Shown here one piece after another: positions 37,622 through 49,353 of a stretch of DNA of 64,000 nucleotides. Numbering within the stretch: the stretch's first letter is position 1; each line of letters starts with the position of its first letter. Source of the stretch: Bdellovibrionota bacterium (GTDB lineage Bacteria; Bdellovibrionota_C; UBA2361; JAAYZI01). The stretch spans positions 992,001 through 1,056,000 of the forward strand of contig JBMNIF010000002.1 in the NCBI GenBank assembly GCA_050950765.1, in the 5' to 3' direction. A model generated the notes under the pieces. The model was not told the DNA's origin. It was given only the letters and a program-made list of their open reading frames with translations, and searched no databases. The position numbers were made by a program, and so were the translations under genes.

Positions 37622-37784
37622 GTTTATTCCTCCGTCTTGTGAAAAGTGTAAGAGAGCACTACTAGGTCTGCAAAACGGTGTATATTCCGAAGTTTTAGGG
37701 GGTTTATTCCTCCGTCTTGAGAAAAGTGTAAGAGAGCACTACTAGGTCTGCAAAACGGTGTATATTCCGAAGTTTTAGGGGGTT
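37622..37784 (-). repeat. 80 bp tandem duplication of the 3' end of the RibD-like reductase gene
   Basis: 37622-37701 matches 37702-37781 with one mismatch (37640 vs 37720). Confidence 0.95.
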
Positions 37785-38423
37785 ACCTTTATGGCAGCAG
37801 ATCTCGTGAGTGTTAATTAGGCGCGGTGCTGATAGATCTCCGACCATAAACGGCGCAATAGCGAGACGTAGTTCATCTACAAGGTCGTTTTTTAAAAAAA
37901 GAGAGTTGATCTGCGTGCCACCTTCAATAAGTAGCCTTGAAACGCCGAGACTTTTTAAGTCAAGAGAGATCCATAAAGGCGCAGCCGCCTCTCCTGGATA
38001 ACCTCTAATAAGAGCGCAACTACCGAAAGTTCTTTCTATATCTGATACCTTCTTAGCTGGACAGTAAAGGAGGTTGTGCTCTCGTTCACCTTCAAAGAAA
38101 TGAAGTTTTGTCGAGAGCTCCCCCGAGGTTGTAATCGTTACTCGTAAAGGATGGGCAGGCTGTTTTTTTGAGAGTCTGTCTTCTATTAGAGTAGTTGATC
38201 TGATCCTTAAAAATGGGTTATCGGCGCGTAATGTGCCTGCACCGACAAGGATAGCGTCGGAGGCGGCACGTAAGGCATCAACTTCTGCCATGTCTGCCTC
38301 GTTTGAGAGGATTAAACGTTTGTCTGAAGTGTCATCAATACAACCATCAAGTGAAGTTGCAGTGCTAATAACGGTGTAAGGACGGTTTGTATCTTGTTGC
38401 ACAGTGTTATATCCAGTCTCCAT
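37704..38423 (-). CDS. RibD C-terminal/Rib7-like pyrimidine reductase
   Basis: ATSLDGCI, DAILVGAGTLRADNP, LLIEGG, LVDELRLAIAP. Confidence 0.88.
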   Translation of the reverse strand: METGYNTVQQDTNRPYTVISTATSLDGCIDDTSDKRLILSNEADMAEVDALRAASDAILVGAGTLRADNPFLRIRSTTLIEDRLSKKQPAHPLRVTITTSGELSTKLHFFEGEREHNLLYCPAKKVSDIERTFGSCALIRGYPGEAAAPLWISLDLKSLGVSRLLIEGGTQINSLFLKNDLVDELRLAIAPFMVGDLSAPRLINTHEICCHKGNPLKLRNIHRFADLVVLSYTFLKTEE

Positions 38424-38624
38424 AAATCAATCATCTCTTATGTAATAACAACAAAGGGATTGTCAAACCGTAAATGTATTAAAATATCACCCTAGCTGTT
38501 AATATAATTTATCAACACGCTCTATCGTGTTGCTCAGTTAAAGAGGTGTTGTGTGCGAACTCAAGAAAAAGAGTATAACACCTCTTACGTGCAAGATATA
38601 TTTATGATCGATAAAAAATACTAA

Positions 38625-39086
38625 ATGAAAGATGACTCTGATTTTCTCAAATTAGCTTTACAGGAGGCTCAAAAATCCCCTCAAGGTGTTTATTATGCGG
38701 TAGGTTGTCTGATCGTTTCAGCAGATGGGAAACTTATCTCAACAGGATATACAGGAGAGAGGTTTTATTCAGATACAGCGTGGCACGCTGAAGAAACCGC
38801 TATCAAAAAAGCGCAAGAGCAGGAGATCGCCCTTAAGGGATCAACCCTATATTCAACAATGGAGCCGTGCTCTGAGAGAAGGTCGGGGCATACCCCGTGC
38901 ACAGAGTTGATAATCAAAGCTGGTATAAAAAAGGTCGTTTTCGCTCTCTATGAGCCGTTTGATGACTCTTTGGGGATACGGTGTTGCGGAGAAAAAGTGC
39001 TGCAATCTGCAGGGGTTGAGGTGGTTTTCTTAGAGAAATTAAGCGATTTATGCCTTCATTCTATTAAGCGGTGTCGGAGAAATTAA
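38625..39086 (+). CDS. Stand-alone RibD-like Zn-dependent deaminase
   Basis: VGCLIV, HAEE, TLYSTMEPC(x9)C. Confidence 0.88.
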   Translation: MKDDSDFLKLALQEAQKSPQGVYYAVGCLIVSADGKLISTGYTGERFYSDTAWHAEETAIKKAQEQEIALKGSTLYSTMEPCSERRSGHTPCTELIIKAGIKKVVFALYEPFDDSLGIRCCGEKVLQSAGVEVVFLEKLSDLCLHSIKRCRRN

Positions 39087-39252
39087 GTGGCTACCCCCCC
39101 CCACCTAGAACACCATTTTTAATATAAACGGTGCTAAAGTGAGATTTTAGCTCCAAAATATAAAAAAAATCACATTATGGTCGACATTATCTGTGTTAGG
39201 ACATCAGGTGTTAGTGTTTTTGTGTGTGGTAATACTTGAGGTAGGTAGTAAC

Positions 39253-39591
39253 ATGGATAGTGATGTATATGCAGGTAATGCGCTAATAGATTCCGTTAAG
39301 ATATCAGATGAAGATGCTGCTCGTTATCAAAGTCTATTGGCATCATACGATGAGTGCCTCGAAAGGGAAGCTCAGGAACGCGCCAGAATGGCAAAATTAC
39401 GAGAAGATAATGTAAAACACCTTACAAAAGAGTACGGCTTGCTCTTAAGTATCGATCTTAATACCGCCTATGGCAGGAAATGGTTTGAAAAAACAGTTAA
39501 GTTTTATAGCGCAAGTGATATTCTAAGTGAACGTTTTGAAGCGATAGTTGCACGCTCACGGGTGATAATGGAGTCTGAAGATCACCCCTAA
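39253..39591 (+). CDS. Hypothetical helical protein
   Basis: 112 aa from ATG behind GAGGTAGG; no domain recognised. Confidence 0.55.
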   Translation: MDSDVYAGNALIDSVKISDEDAARYQSLLASYDECLEREAQERARMAKLREDNVKHLTKEYGLLLSIDLNTAYGRKWFEKTVKFYSASDILSERFEAIVARSRVIMESEDHP

Positions 39592-39892
39592 ATTTTTGAC
39601 CTCCGTATAAACCTAACCGATTCGCTCTGTTGTTGCACCCCGTCCGATCTTTCCTAAAGGGTGAGAATTTTGACCTCCGTATAAACCTAACCGATTCGCT
39701 TTTTAGTCACACCCCATCCGATCGTCCCTGAAGGGTAGAATTTTTAACCTCCGTATAAACCTAACCGATTCGCTTTTCAGTCACACCCCGTTCAATCGTC
39801 CCTGAGGGTAGAATTTTTAACCTCCGTCCAGATCTAACCGATCCGCTCTGTTGTTGCAGCCCGTCCAATCGTCCCTGAAAGGTAAAGGGTAG
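39591..39892 (+). repeat. Four tandem ~74 bp repeats (family also at 58048-58224)
   Basis: (G/A)ACCTCCGT anchors at 39598, 39672, 39746, 39819. Confidence 0.95.
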
Positions 39893-39985
39893 AAGGGGGA
39901 GTTTAAGAAAATCCACGATTAAAATTTAAAAACTTCAAAATTAACAGATAAAGAATAATTGAAGGTGGAATAGAGAAAAATAGAG

Positions 39986-40068
39986 TGGTGAGGGACGGAT
40001 TCGAACCGCCGTACGCAAGAGCGAGCAGATTTACAGTCTGCCTCCTTTAGCCACTCGGACACCTCACC
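39986..40068 (-). tRNA. tRNA-Tyr(GTA)
   Basis: GGTGAGG/CCTCACC stem, anticodon loop CT-GTA-AA, long variable arm; CCA not encoded. Confidence 0.93.
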
Positions 40069-40168
40069 GCAAAAAAAGAACCGCAAAAAAGAAACGCCTT
40101 AAAGTCCGTTTTTTAAAAATTTTAAATTTAAAAAACAGACATTTAGATCAAAATATTGCAAATAATTA

Positions 40169-40244
40169 TGGAGCGGGAGACGAGGCTCGAACTCGCCACC
40201 CTCAGCTTGGAAGGCTGATGCTCTACCAAATGAGCTACTCCCGC
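40169..40244 (-). tRNA. tRNA-Gly(TCC)
   Basis: GCGGGAG/CTCCCGC stem, loop CT-TCC-AA, 3' CCA. Confidence 0.95.
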
Positions 40245-40426
40245 ATATTTCGTTTCACGGAGGGGTATTAATATTGAATTTAAATAAAATTACAACCCCT
40301 AAAGGGTAAATATGAAAAAAATGTTAAAATGTTTCAATATTGTTAGATATTTGTCAGATAGATCTTGCTAAAAAATGAAATTCTTATATCTTCTACCCCC
40401 GTAAACAGTGACGAGTTTTCAGATTA

Positions 40427-40502
<76 letters not shown>

Positions 40503-40522
40503 TCACTTATATGTCTGCATAA

Positions 40523-40598
40523 ACGCCTGTAGCTCAATTGGTAGAGCAACGGATTCCAAATCCGTAGGTTAGGGGTTCGATGCCTCTCAGGCGTGCCA
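40523..40598 (+). tRNA. tRNA-Trp(CCA)
   Basis: ACGCCTG/CAGGCGT stem, loop TT-CCA-AA, 3' CCA; upstream of secE. Confidence 0.95.
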
Positions 40599-40875
40599 CC
40601 TTGCGGATGATTTATGCCGTTTTGGACAGATATGGCACTAGAAAGTAAATTTTTCTCTTTTTACTGTAAAAAACCCTTCTAAAAGTTTGCGATTATTTTT
40701 GAAGTTTGTTAGTGTCCACCCACTTTAACTCCGGCTGGCGTCTGGTTATCAATGTAATGAGGTGCCGAAAGGGGAGTTTTGCATCTTTTTGGAAGGGCTT
40801 ATTTAAGGAAAAGCTTAATAATTATTGAGTGCAGGTGAGGTAACGGGAGCGCTCCAGATTTTCTTAGGGTGAAGC

Positions 40876-41109
40876 ATGAGGAGAGAGAAAGGTGGTAATG
40901 CTACAACTTCGGCAAAAGCACCTAGTTTTTTAAGTAGCTGTGTAGCTGAGCTTCAGAAGGTTGTGAGACCAACGAAGGATGAGACCATTCAAGCCACTAC
41001 CGTTACGATCTTTATCTTGATCTTTGTAGCGTTGGTTCTTTGGTTTTTCGATTTTGTTTTAAGCGCAGGAGCGCGCGGAGTGTTCAAATTATTGGATGTG
41101 TTTTTATAG
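40876..41109 (+). CDS. secE: Preprotein translocase subunit SecE
   Basis: 'ELQKVVRPTKDET' motif plus single TM; precedes nusG. Confidence 0.92.
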   Translation: MRREKGGNATTSAKAPSFLSSCVAELQKVVRPTKDETIQATTVTIFILIFVALVLWFFDFVLSAGARGVFKLLDVFL

Positions 41110-41203
41110 AGAATAATTAAAGAATAGTGTAAACTTGAGTTTTTGCTTTTTTGTGATAATTAGTATTGGTTCGGCTTGTAGATAGCTTGTAGATAGTTTG
41201 GAA

Positions 41204-41953
41204 ATGGTAAAAATGACTGACGACGGTCTGATAGAAAAAATTGAAGAAGGCTCTACTGGTGAGTTGGTCACTGAGTCGACTGCTGCTGAGGTAACCAGTG
41301 AGTCGGAGAAGGGGGTTGAGGAAACTTCTTCTACTACTGATGTTGCCGCTGAAGACGCAAGTGCCGTTGAAGATAGTGGTGACGGTGAAGATGAGAACGC
41401 CGCAGCTGCTAAGCCGAAAAATCCAAACATGAAGTGGTACGTTGTTAATGCTTATTCCGGATTCGAGATGCGGGTGCTTAAGACGTTACAAGAACGTATC
41501 AATCAGTTTGGGATGCAAGATTTTTTTGGTGAAATACGTGTGCCGCAAGAAACTGTGGTGGAGCTTGTTAAAGGACAAAAAAAGACTTCAACCAGAAAGT
41601 TCTTTCCTGGATATGTGCTTGTCCAGATGGTTATGAATGAGGATACGTGGCACCTTGTAAAGGAAACATCAAAAGTTAGCGGATTTGTCGGAGATAAGAC
41701 TGACCCTGTCCCCATGCAGGAGGAAGAGGTCAATAGAATTCTTGGGCAGATTGAGGAAGGTACTTCAGCGGTGCATAGCCGTATGAAGTTTGAGGAGGGT
41801 GAGGTTATTAAGGTAATTGATGGACCTTTCGCTGAGTTTAACGGAACGGTTGAAGAAGTTAAGCCGGAGAAGGGGAAGTTAAAAGTCTTAATAAGTATCT
41901 TTGGGCGTGCCACTCCTGTTGAACTTGATTTTGTACAAGTTGAAAAGTGTTAA
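41204..41953 (+). CDS. nusG: Transcription termination/antitermination factor NusG with acidic N-terminal extension
   Basis: [16 protein letters not shown] 'VIDGPFAEF', [10 protein letters not shown]; exact start uncertain. Confidence 0.95.
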   Translation: MVKMTDDGLIEKIEEGSTGELVTESTAAEVTSESEKGVEETSSTTDVAAEDASAVEDSGDGEDENAAAAKPKNPNMKWYVVNAYSGFEMRVLKTLQERINQFGMQDFFGEIRVPQETVVELVKGQKKTSTRKFFPGYVLVQMVMNEDTWHLVKETSKVSGFVGDKTDPVPMQEEEVNRILGQIEEGTSAVHSRMKFEEGEVIKVIDGPFAEFNGTVEEVKPEKGKLKVLISIFGRATPVELDFVQVEKC

Positions 41954-41970
41954 GTTAGTTGAGGATAAAG

Positions 41971-42393
41971 ATGGCGAAAGAAGCAGTCGCACAGATAAAA
42001 TTACAGATACCTGGTGGTCAAGCTAATCCGGCTCCGCCGATTGGGCCAGCATTAGGACAACACGGTTTGAATATCATGGATTTTTGCAAGCAGTTTAATG
42101 CAAAAACTCAAAAGCAAGCGGGGGAGATCGTTCCTGTTATTATTACGGTTTATAAAGATCGTACCTTTACTTTTGAGATGAAGACAGCTCCGGTGTCTTA
42201 CTTAATTAAGAAGGCGCTCAATGCTGCTAAAGGATCGAGTGAACCAAATAGGACCAAGATCGGTAAATTGACGCATGAGCAAGTTTTAGAGATCGCTCGA
42301 AGAAAGATGGAAGATCTGAACTGTATTGATGAAGATGCGGCGTGTAAAGTTGTTGCTGGCACTGCACGTAGTATGGGTGTTGATATACAGTAA
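41971..42393 (+). CDS. rplK: 50S ribosomal protein L11
   Basis: [22 protein letters not shown]. Confidence 0.98.
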   Translation: MAKEAVAQIKLQIPGGQANPAPPIGPALGQHGLNIMDFCKQFNAKTQKQAGEIVPVIITVYKDRTFTFEMKTAPVSYLIKKALNAAKGSSEPNRTKIGKLTHEQVLEIARRKMEDLNCIDEDAACKVVAGTARSMGVDIQ

Positions 42394-42419
42394 TCCTAAA
42401 AATGCGGGAGTAATTAAAA

Positions 42420-43109
42420 ATGGCTAAGAAGGGAAAAAGGTTTCGTTCGTTGTGTGAGAAGGTGCAACGGGGAGATATCTATAAGTTTGAAGAAGCGTGT
42501 CAGATCGTTGCATCGTTAGCGTCTGCTAAATTTGATGAAACCGTAGATGTGGCTGTTCGTCTTGGTGTTGATCCTCGTAAGGCTGATCAGAATATCCGTG
42601 GAAGCATCGGACTTCCTCACGGTTTGGGTAAAACGATTAGAGTGGCAGTCTTCGCTAAAGGGGAGAAAGCTCAAGAAGCTAAAGATGCCGGTGCGGATAT
42701 CGTTGGCTCCGATGATCTGGTTGAGATGGTTCAGAACGGTAATATGGATTTCGATACCGTTATCGCTACGCCCGATATGATGGCTCAAGTTGGTAAGGTT
42801 GGTAGGATCTTGGGACCACGCGGGTTGATGCCCTCACCTAAGGTTGGAACCGTCACGTTTGATGTTGCTAACTGTGTCAAAGAGGCTAAGGCTGGACGTG
42901 TCGAGTACCGTGTTGATAAAGCTGGTATTGTGCATGTTCCCGTAGGAAAGGCTTCTTTCGGTGCAGAAAAGATACAGGAGAATGTGCAGGCACTGATTCA
43001 AGCGCTTGTACGTGCCAAGCCATCAACAAGTAAAGGGGTATATCTTAAGAGTGCTGCCTTATCTTTAACGATGAGTCCGAGTGTGCGCTTTGATGCCGCT
43101 ACTATTTAA
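42420..43109 (+). CDS. rplA: 50S ribosomal protein L1
   Basis: [22 protein letters not shown]. Confidence 0.98.
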   Translation: MAKKGKRFRSLCEKVQRGDIYKFEEACQIVASLASAKFDETVDVAVRLGVDPRKADQNIRGSIGLPHGLGKTIRVAVFAKGEKAQEAKDAGADIVGSDDLVEMVQNGNMDFDTVIATPDMMAQVGKVGRILGPRGLMPSPKVGTVTFDVANCVKEAKAGRVEYRVDKAGIVHVPVGKASFGAEKIQENVQALIQALVRAKPSTSKGVYLKSAALSLTMSPSVRFDAATI

Positions 43110-43203
43110 TCGGAGAGTGAATTCGACAATTGGAGGGGTGCTTGCAGCCTCTCTAACGTTTTAATTTTTATGTTGCAGGAAAAAGAGACAGAGGGAACAC
43201 AAG

Positions 43204-43743
43204 ATGGATCGTGCTCAGAAACAACAGGAAATACAGTTTTTTAATGAACATTTGAACGGCGCTGAGATAGCGTTGTGTGCTGATTACCGTGGTTTGACGG
43301 TATCTCAATTAACAAATATCAGACGTGAGTTGGGTAAAAGTGGGGTTGTTTGTAAGGTAGTTCGTAATACCCTTGCCAAAATCGCTACTAAGGATGTTTT
43401 AAAAGATGCCGAGCAAAGTGAAGTAGAGAAGTTTGTCGAGCTCTTTAAGGGACCAAGTTTTGTAATGTTTGTTCCTGAAGATGGTGTCGCTTCTGCTAAG
43501 ATAACTGAAAAGTTCGCTAAAGATCTTAAAAAATTTGAATTGAAGGGTGCTTGGTTTGATGGAAAGTTCCTTGATGTTGCTGGAATTTCTCAATTAGCTA
43601 AGATGGCGAGTAAGGAAGAGACCCTCGGTATGTTGTTGAACTTAATCAATACTCCAGCTACTCACCTTGTCAGATTGTTGAATACCCCTGCTCAGCAGAT
43701 GGTTCAGGTTGTTAATGCCTATAAGGATAAATTAGCTGCGTAG
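43204..43743 (+). CDS. rplJ: 50S ribosomal protein L10
   Basis: DYRGLTV, VVRNTL; synteny. Confidence 0.95.
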   Translation: MDRAQKQQEIQFFNEHLNGAEIALCADYRGLTVSQLTNIRRELGKSGVVCKVVRNTLAKIATKDVLKDAEQSEVEKFVELFKGPSFVMFVPEDGVASAKITEKFAKDLKKFELKGAWFDGKFLDVAGISQLAKMASKEETLGMLLNLINTPATHLVRLLNTPAQQMVQVVNAYKDKLAA

Positions 43744-43826
43744 GGTTCTTGTTTAAAGCTGACATCTGTCAGCAGATCAATTTTTTTGTTTAATACTTAA
43801 TTGTTAATAATTAGGAGAGTGCCAAA

Positions 43827-44213
43827 ATGAGTGAAGTAACAGAGCAACAAGTTGTTGATTATATTAAGGGAATGTCCTTAATGGATGCTGCTAACTTGGT
43901 GAAGAAATTAGAAGAAGAGCTTGGCGTTAGCGCTGCAGCTCCCGTAGCTATGGTGGCTGGTGCTGCACCTGCCGCAGGTGGTGCTGCCGCTGCTGAAGAG
44001 CAAACTGAGTTTACAGTAGTTCTTGATGACCCTGGCGCAGAGCGTGTTAAGGTTATTAAGGTTGTCCGTGAACTTACAGGGCTTGGATTAAAAGAAGCCA
44101 AAGATGCAGTTGATTCAGCTCCAAAAGCATTGAAAGAAGGTATCTCTAAGGAAGATGCTGCTGATGCTAAGAAAAAGCTGGAAGAGGTCGGAGCAAAGGT
44201 TACTATCAAGTAG
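43827..44213 (+). CDS. rplL: 50S ribosomal protein L7/L12
   Basis: Ala-rich hinge, [14 protein letters not shown]. Confidence 0.98.
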   Translation: MSEVTEQQVVDYIKGMSLMDAANLVKKLEEELGVSAAAPVAMVAGAAPAAGGAAAAEEQTEFTVVLDDPGAERVKVIKVVRELTGLGLKEAKDAVDSAPKALKEGISKEDAADAKKKLEEVGAKVTIK

Positions 44214-44831
44214 TAAGAGAATTTTGTTCCGTACTGTGGTGGTTTTGCCACGTTTTTGGGTGGAGGCACGCCCCTGAATGTGGTCTCTTGCGTCTAGTGC
44301 TCAATAGATGTTTAAATCACAACGGTTTGGAACTTGGCACTTCTAATGGTTTAAGGTATAAATCTTGGTAGTTATTGATTATAGCAGCTTTGGTAGAGAT
44401 CTTTAACCTACTGGAAGTAGAGATTAAGGGAAAGACCTTTAATCGTATCTAATTTTCTTATTGCGCGGGTTTTAAAACGATTTTCACCTTATATTTATGT
44501 CGGTGTTAGGTCGTTTTGGTCGCGCTACTTGTATTTTTTGTTGCTTTGATGATACGTGATCACGATTTTTGTAAGATTCATTACGATTCAAGTTGGATTA
44601 ATCCCTGTTTAACACTTTCTCGGCAACGCTCTTTTGATGTTGCTAGGATATAGTGCGGCGTATTGATCTATGCTTTGATGTTGTAACAGAGCTATCTAAA
44701 ATTGTGATGTAGAGTATTTCGTTACGGACTATGGATATTATTTTAAATCGAATTGCTTTGATTCGGTGCATAATTTTCCGTGTTCTTAACTAAAACTCGA
44801 TGTTGTCGAGTTCTTTTACACTCGACATTAA

Positions 44832-47800
44832 ATGACTAAAGACAATGGCATTGAAACGATGGCATCTAAATTAAAAACCAATTTTCGCATTCGACGTGAT
44901 TTTTCAAAATTAAATGAGGTTGCAGAAATTCCCAACCTCGTAGCTATTCAGACGCGCTCTTATGAAAGATTTTTACAGATGGATGTAGATCCTGAGAAGC
45001 GTGCTGATGTTGGTTTACAAAGGGTTTTTAAATCAGTTTTTCCTATAAAAGATTACAACAACACCACATCGTTGGAGTTCGTCTCGTACTCATTGGGCGA
45101 ACCTAAGTATGATGTTGATGAGTGTCGCGATCGGGGTATGACTTGGGCGGCACCTCTACGTGTTACGATTCAACTTGTCTTGTGGGATGTTGATCCGGAG
45201 ACGGGAGCTAGAAATTTAAGCGCATTAAAGGAAGATGTTGTTTATTTCGGCGAGATCCCGTTAATGACCGAGCGTGGTACCTTTATGATTAACGGCACCG
45301 AGCGTGTGATCGTTAGTCAGCTGCATAGATCTCCAGGGGTGTTCTTCGCGCACGATAAAGGGAAGAGTCATGTCTCTGGAAAACTTTTATATTCTGCGAG
45401 AGTTATCCCTTATCGCGGATCTTGGATCGATCTTGAATTTGATATCAAAGATGTTCTGCATGTTAGGATTGACAGACGGCGTAAACTTAATGCGACGGTG
45501 CTTCTGCGTGCTATGGGGATGTCGGCCGATGAGATCTTAGATTATTACTATGAGTCCGATGTCGTTCGTTTTGGAAAGCGTGGCACAGTTACGAAAGATT
45601 TTGTATCGCCACACTTTGAAGGACAAAAAGCTTATCGTGAAGTAAAGGCAGGCAATAAAGTTCTTGCAAAAGCGGGAGCTAAGTTTAATCGTGCTGTTCT
45701 CCGTCGTATGAAAGAGGCGGGGATCGAGTCTGTTGAGATCAACCCTGATGATCTGGTTGGATCGGTATCAGCGGATACGATCGTTGAGATAGTAGAAGAT
45801 ATCGTTGATTCGAAGAGCGGCGAGATCCTCTTGGAAGCCGGTGAGGTGATCATCGGTTGGGAAGTTATCAATGATCGTTTATCGATTATCTTTGATACCT
45901 TTGATAAAAATGATGCCTTAGAGGCGTGCTCTAAGATCGGTGTTATCGTTTATGCTGGAGATGAATTAACTGGTGATAAGGTTAATGCTAAAGGTGAGAT
46001 CGTCGAGCAAGGAACTGTTTCAATCTTACGTGATTTAGGGGTTGGAAACTTACGTATCTTATACCTTGATGATCGTCACATCGGAGAGTCTTTGTTAAAG
46101 ACTTTGCAGACCGATAAGATGGCACCAGAGCATGATGGTCTCTATTATCGTTTAATAGGTCAGCCAACTACGGAAAGTTTGATTGAGATCTACCGTAGAT
46201 TAAGGCCTGGTGATCCACCTCGTCCTGAAACAGCGGCAGCAACGTTTAAGAATCTATTCTTTAATCCTGAGCGGTATGATCTCTCTGATATAGGGCGATA
46301 TAAGATTAATTATAAGCTCTATGTCTCTCAAGGTAAGGAAGCTCCGCCGTTAGATCAAACAGTGCTTACTGAAGATGATATCAGAGAGTCTATTAGGTAT
46401 CTTTTACAGTTAAGGACCTCTAACGACCCTGTTAAGTTCTCTATTGATGATATCGATCACTTAGGCAATAGACGTGTACGTGCTGTTGGAGAGTTGATTG
46501 AGAATCAATATCGGATCGGCTTGGTCAGAATGGAGCGCGCCGTTAAAGAGCGTCTAGGGATGCAGGATATCGACACCCTTGTCCCGCAAGATCTGATTAA
46601 TTACAAACCTGTTGCGGCTGTTGTAAAGGAGTTTTTTGGCTCTTCTCAATTGTCACAATTTATGGATCAGACCAACCCTCTTTCTGAGATTACCCACAAA
46701 CGGAGACTCTCTGCTTTAGGACCAGGGGGATTGACGAGAGATCGTGCTGGATTTGAAGTGCGTGACGTTAATCCGACGCACTACGGGCGTATCTGTCCGA
46801 TTGAAACTCCTGAAGGGCCGAATATCGGATTGATATCTTCTCTGGCTATCTATGCACGTGTTAATGAGTTCGGTTTCTTGGAGACTCCTTATCGAGTTAT
46901 CGATAACAATCATAAGGTCACGAATGATGTTGTGTACCTTTCTGCGTTGGAAGAGGAGCGTGAGATTATCGCTCCGGCAACGGCACCGATTGATAATAAA
47001 GGAGCTTTCTCTGAAGCGTCTGTCCCAGCTAGAAAAAATGCTGAGTACGTTCAGATCAACTCTGAAGAGGTTTCAAAAGTTGATGTTAGCCCCAAGCAGT
47101 TGGTTAGTGTTGCAGCAGCATTGATCCCTTTCTTGGATAATGATGATGCTAACCGTGCTTTGATGGGATCTAACATGCAGCGTCAGGCGGTTCCGTGTCT
47201 CTGTTCTGAGGCCCCGATCGTTGGAACTGGTATGGAGCGCATCGTGGCGCGCGATTCCGGTACGACAGTTGTCGCCAAGCGATCTGGTAAGGTGGTCTCT
47301 GTTGATGCAGAGCGTGTTGTGATCAAGGCTGATAAGACTTCAGATCAAGATCTTGATACCGGTGTTGATATCTACAATCTGATTAAGTATCGCCGTTCTA
47401 ATCAAGATACCTGCATCAATCAACGTCCTATCGTGCGTGAAGGCGAGAAGATCTCTAAAGATGAGACCGTAGCTGATGGGCCTAGCACTGATATGGCTGA
47501 ATTGGCGTTAGGTCAAAATGTCGTTGTCGCATTTATGCCGTGGCATGGGTATAACTATGAAGACTCTATCTTAATTAACGAGGGTCTTGTGAAGAGGGAT
47601 ATCTTTACCTCTATTCATATCAATAGTTATGAGTGTGTGGCACGAGATACAAAGCTCGGTAAGGAAGAGATTACCCGTGATATTCCTAATGTTGGTGAGG
47701 AATCTCTTAGTAATTTGGATGAGTCGGGTATCGTTAGGATCGGTGCTGAAGTTCATCCAGGTGATATCCTCGTTGGTAAGATCACTCCTAAGAGCGAAAC

Positions 47801-49334
47801 ACAACTTAGCCCTGAGGAGAAGTTGTTACGCGCTATCTTCGGTGAAAAGGCAGGCGAAGTTAGGGATACCAGCCTTAAGTTGCCACCTGGTACAGAGGGA
47901 ACTGTTATCTCGACTCAGGTCTTCTCACGTAAAGGAACTGATAAAGATGAGCGTAGTCTAGCTATTGAGAAGCGTGAAATCGAAAGGCTAGAGCAAGATC
48001 AGAGAGATGAGATAAATATTATCAGGGATGCTGCTCTGAAAGAGATTAAAGAGCTGCTCCTTGGTAAGGTTACGATCTCAAGATTAGTTGATGAGAAGCG
48101 AGTTCAACTGATTGCAAAAGGCGCAGAGATTACAGCCGAAATTTTAAAGGCTACTCCGTTTGAGTATCTGAGAGATATTCAGATCGGTGATGAGAAGATT
48201 CAAGAGAAATTGAATCAGATCGTGGTGCGCACTGGACAACTTATCAATAATAAGCGTGCTTTATTGCAGGATAAGATCCGCAAGTTAAAAGAGGGAGATG
48301 AATTAGCTCCTGGTGTTATTAAACTTGTGAAGATCTTTATCGCGCAAAAACGTAAGGTACAGGTTGGTGATAAGTTAGCAGGGCGACACGGTAACAAAGG
48401 TGTGCTTTCTAAAGTAGTTCCTGAAGAGGATATGCCGTACTTACCTGATGGTACCCCTGTTGATATCGTTTTGAATCCACTCGGTGTGCCTTCCCGTATG
48501 AATATTGGGCAGGTGCTTGAGGTGCACTTAGGCATGGCTGCTTGGGGCTTGGGGCGACTTCTTGAGACAGAGGTTGACAAACTATACGATCTGGATAGAG
48601 GTGAAGCGCGTCAAGTTACTTCTGAAGAGAAATCAAAGGTCACTGCTGCTATTCGAGAGATCTTTAAGCACGGCTATGGCGAGGAGCTTTATGATGCTGA
48701 AATCGCCAAGTTGAGTGACGACGATCTGATCCGTCTTGCTATTAGACAGCGGCGTGGTTTCCAAGTAGCAACCCCTGTTTTCGACGGAGCAAAAGAGGAA
48801 GAGATCCAGAAGATGTTAGAGTTCGCTGGGTGCGATCCTTCAGGACAGGTAACGCTTTATGATGGAAGGTCGGGTGATAAATTTTCTGAAAAGGTGACGG
48901 TTGGAGTTATGTATATGCTCAAACTGGATCACTTAGTTGATGATAAGATTCACGCCAGATCGATCGGGCCATACTCTCTTGTGACGCAGCAACCGTTAGG
49001 CGGTAAAGCACAGTTCGGAGGACAACGTTTAGGAGAGATGGAGGTTTGGGCTCTTGAGGCTTACGGTGCCGCATACTCTCTACAAGAGTTCTTAACGGTG
49101 AAGTCTGATGATGTCGCCGGTAGAACTAGGATGTATGAATCGATCGTGAAGGGAGATCACGTTTTGGAGCCTGGCTTGCCTGAATCATTTAATGTGATGA
49201 TGAAGGAGTTACAATCCTTAGCTCTGGATGTTGAACTTGTTGAACACGATGCGGCGGAGGCTCAACTTGCCCCTGATCAAAGTGCTGGTGAAGAGCAACA
49301 ATCGATGCCTGATAGCAATGTATTTGGTGGATAA
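44832..49334 (+). CDS. rpoB: DNA-directed RNA polymerase subunit beta
   Basis: [34 protein letters not shown]; start may be ATG 44859. Confidence 0.99.
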   Translation: MTKDNGIETMASKLKTNFRIRRDFSKLNEVAEIPNLVAIQTRSYERFLQMDVDPEKRADVGLQRVFKSVFPIKDYNNTTSLEFVSYSLGEPKYDVDECRDRGMTWAAPLRVTIQLVLWDVDPETGARNLSALKEDVVYFGEIPLMTERGTFMINGTERVIVSQLHRSPGVFFAHDKGKSHVSGKLLYSARVIPYRGSWIDLEFDIKDVLHVRIDRRRKLNATVLLRAMGMSADEILDYYYESDVVRFGKRGTVTKDFVSPHFEGQKAYREVKAGNKVLAKAGAKFNRAVLRRMKEAGIESVEINPDDLVGSVSADTIVEIVEDIVDSKSGEILLEAGEVIIGWEVINDRLSIIFDTFDKNDALEACSKIGVIVYAGDELTGDKVNAKGEIVEQGTVSILRDLGVGNLRILYLDDRHIGESLLKTLQTDKMAPEHDGLYYRLIGQPTTESLIEIYRRLRPGDPPRPETAAATFKNLFFNPERYDLSDIGRYKINYKLYVSQGKEAPPLDQTVLTEDDIRESIRYLLQLRTSNDPVKFSIDDIDHLGNRRVRAVGELIENQYRIGLVRMERAVKERLGMQDIDTLVPQDLINYKPVAAVVKEFFGSSQLSQFMDQTNPLSEITHKRRLSALGPGGLTRDRAGFEVRDVNPTHYGRICPIETPEGPNIGLISSLAIYARVNEFGFLETPYRVIDNNHKVTNDVVYLSALEEEREIIAPATAPIDNKGAFSEASVPARKNAEYVQINSEEVSKVDVSPKQLVSVAAALIPFLDNDDANRALMGSNMQRQAVPCLCSEAPIVGTGMERIVARDSGTTVVAKRSGKVVSVDAERVVIKADKTSDQDLDTGVDIYNLIKYRRSNQDTCINQRPIVREGEKISKDETVADGPSTDMAELALGQNVVVAFMPWHGYNYEDSILINEGLVKRDIFTSIHINSYECVARDTKLGKEEITRDIPNVGEESLSNLDESGIVRIGAEVHPGDILVGKITPKSETQLSPEEKLLRAIFGEKAGEVRDTSLKLPPGTEGTVISTQVFSRKGTDKDERSLAIEKREIERLEQDQRDEINIIRDAALKEIKELLLGKVTISRLVDEKRVQLIAKGAEITAEILKATPFEYLRDIQIGDEKIQEKLNQIVVRTGQLINNKRALLQDKIRKLKEGDELAPGVIKLVKIFIAQKRKVQVGDKLAGRHGNKGVLSKVVPEEDMPYLPDGTPVDIVLNPLGVPSRMNIGQVLEVHLGMAAWGLGRLLETEVDKLYDLDRGEARQVTSEEKSKVTAAIREIFKHGYGEELYDAEIAKLSDDDLIRLAIRQRRGFQVATPVFDGAKEEEIQKMLEFAGCDPSGQVTLYDGRSGDKFSEKVTVGVMYMLKLDHLVDDKIHARSIGPYSLVTQQPLGGKAQFGGQRLGEMEVWALEAYGAAYSLQEFLTVKSDDVAGRTRMYESIVKGDHVLEPGLPESFNVMMKELQSLALDVELVEHDAAEAQLAPDQSAGEEQQSMPDSNVFGG

Positions 49335-49353
49335 TTAAGGTTTGGGTGCCAAT

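Noticed and set aside
39591..39892. Possible CRISPR array
   Set aside because: Inter-repeat segments are homologous to each other rather than unique spacers; no cas genes in window
43110..43203. L10 ribosomal leader
   Set aside because: One hairpin present but I cannot recognise the kink-turn consensus
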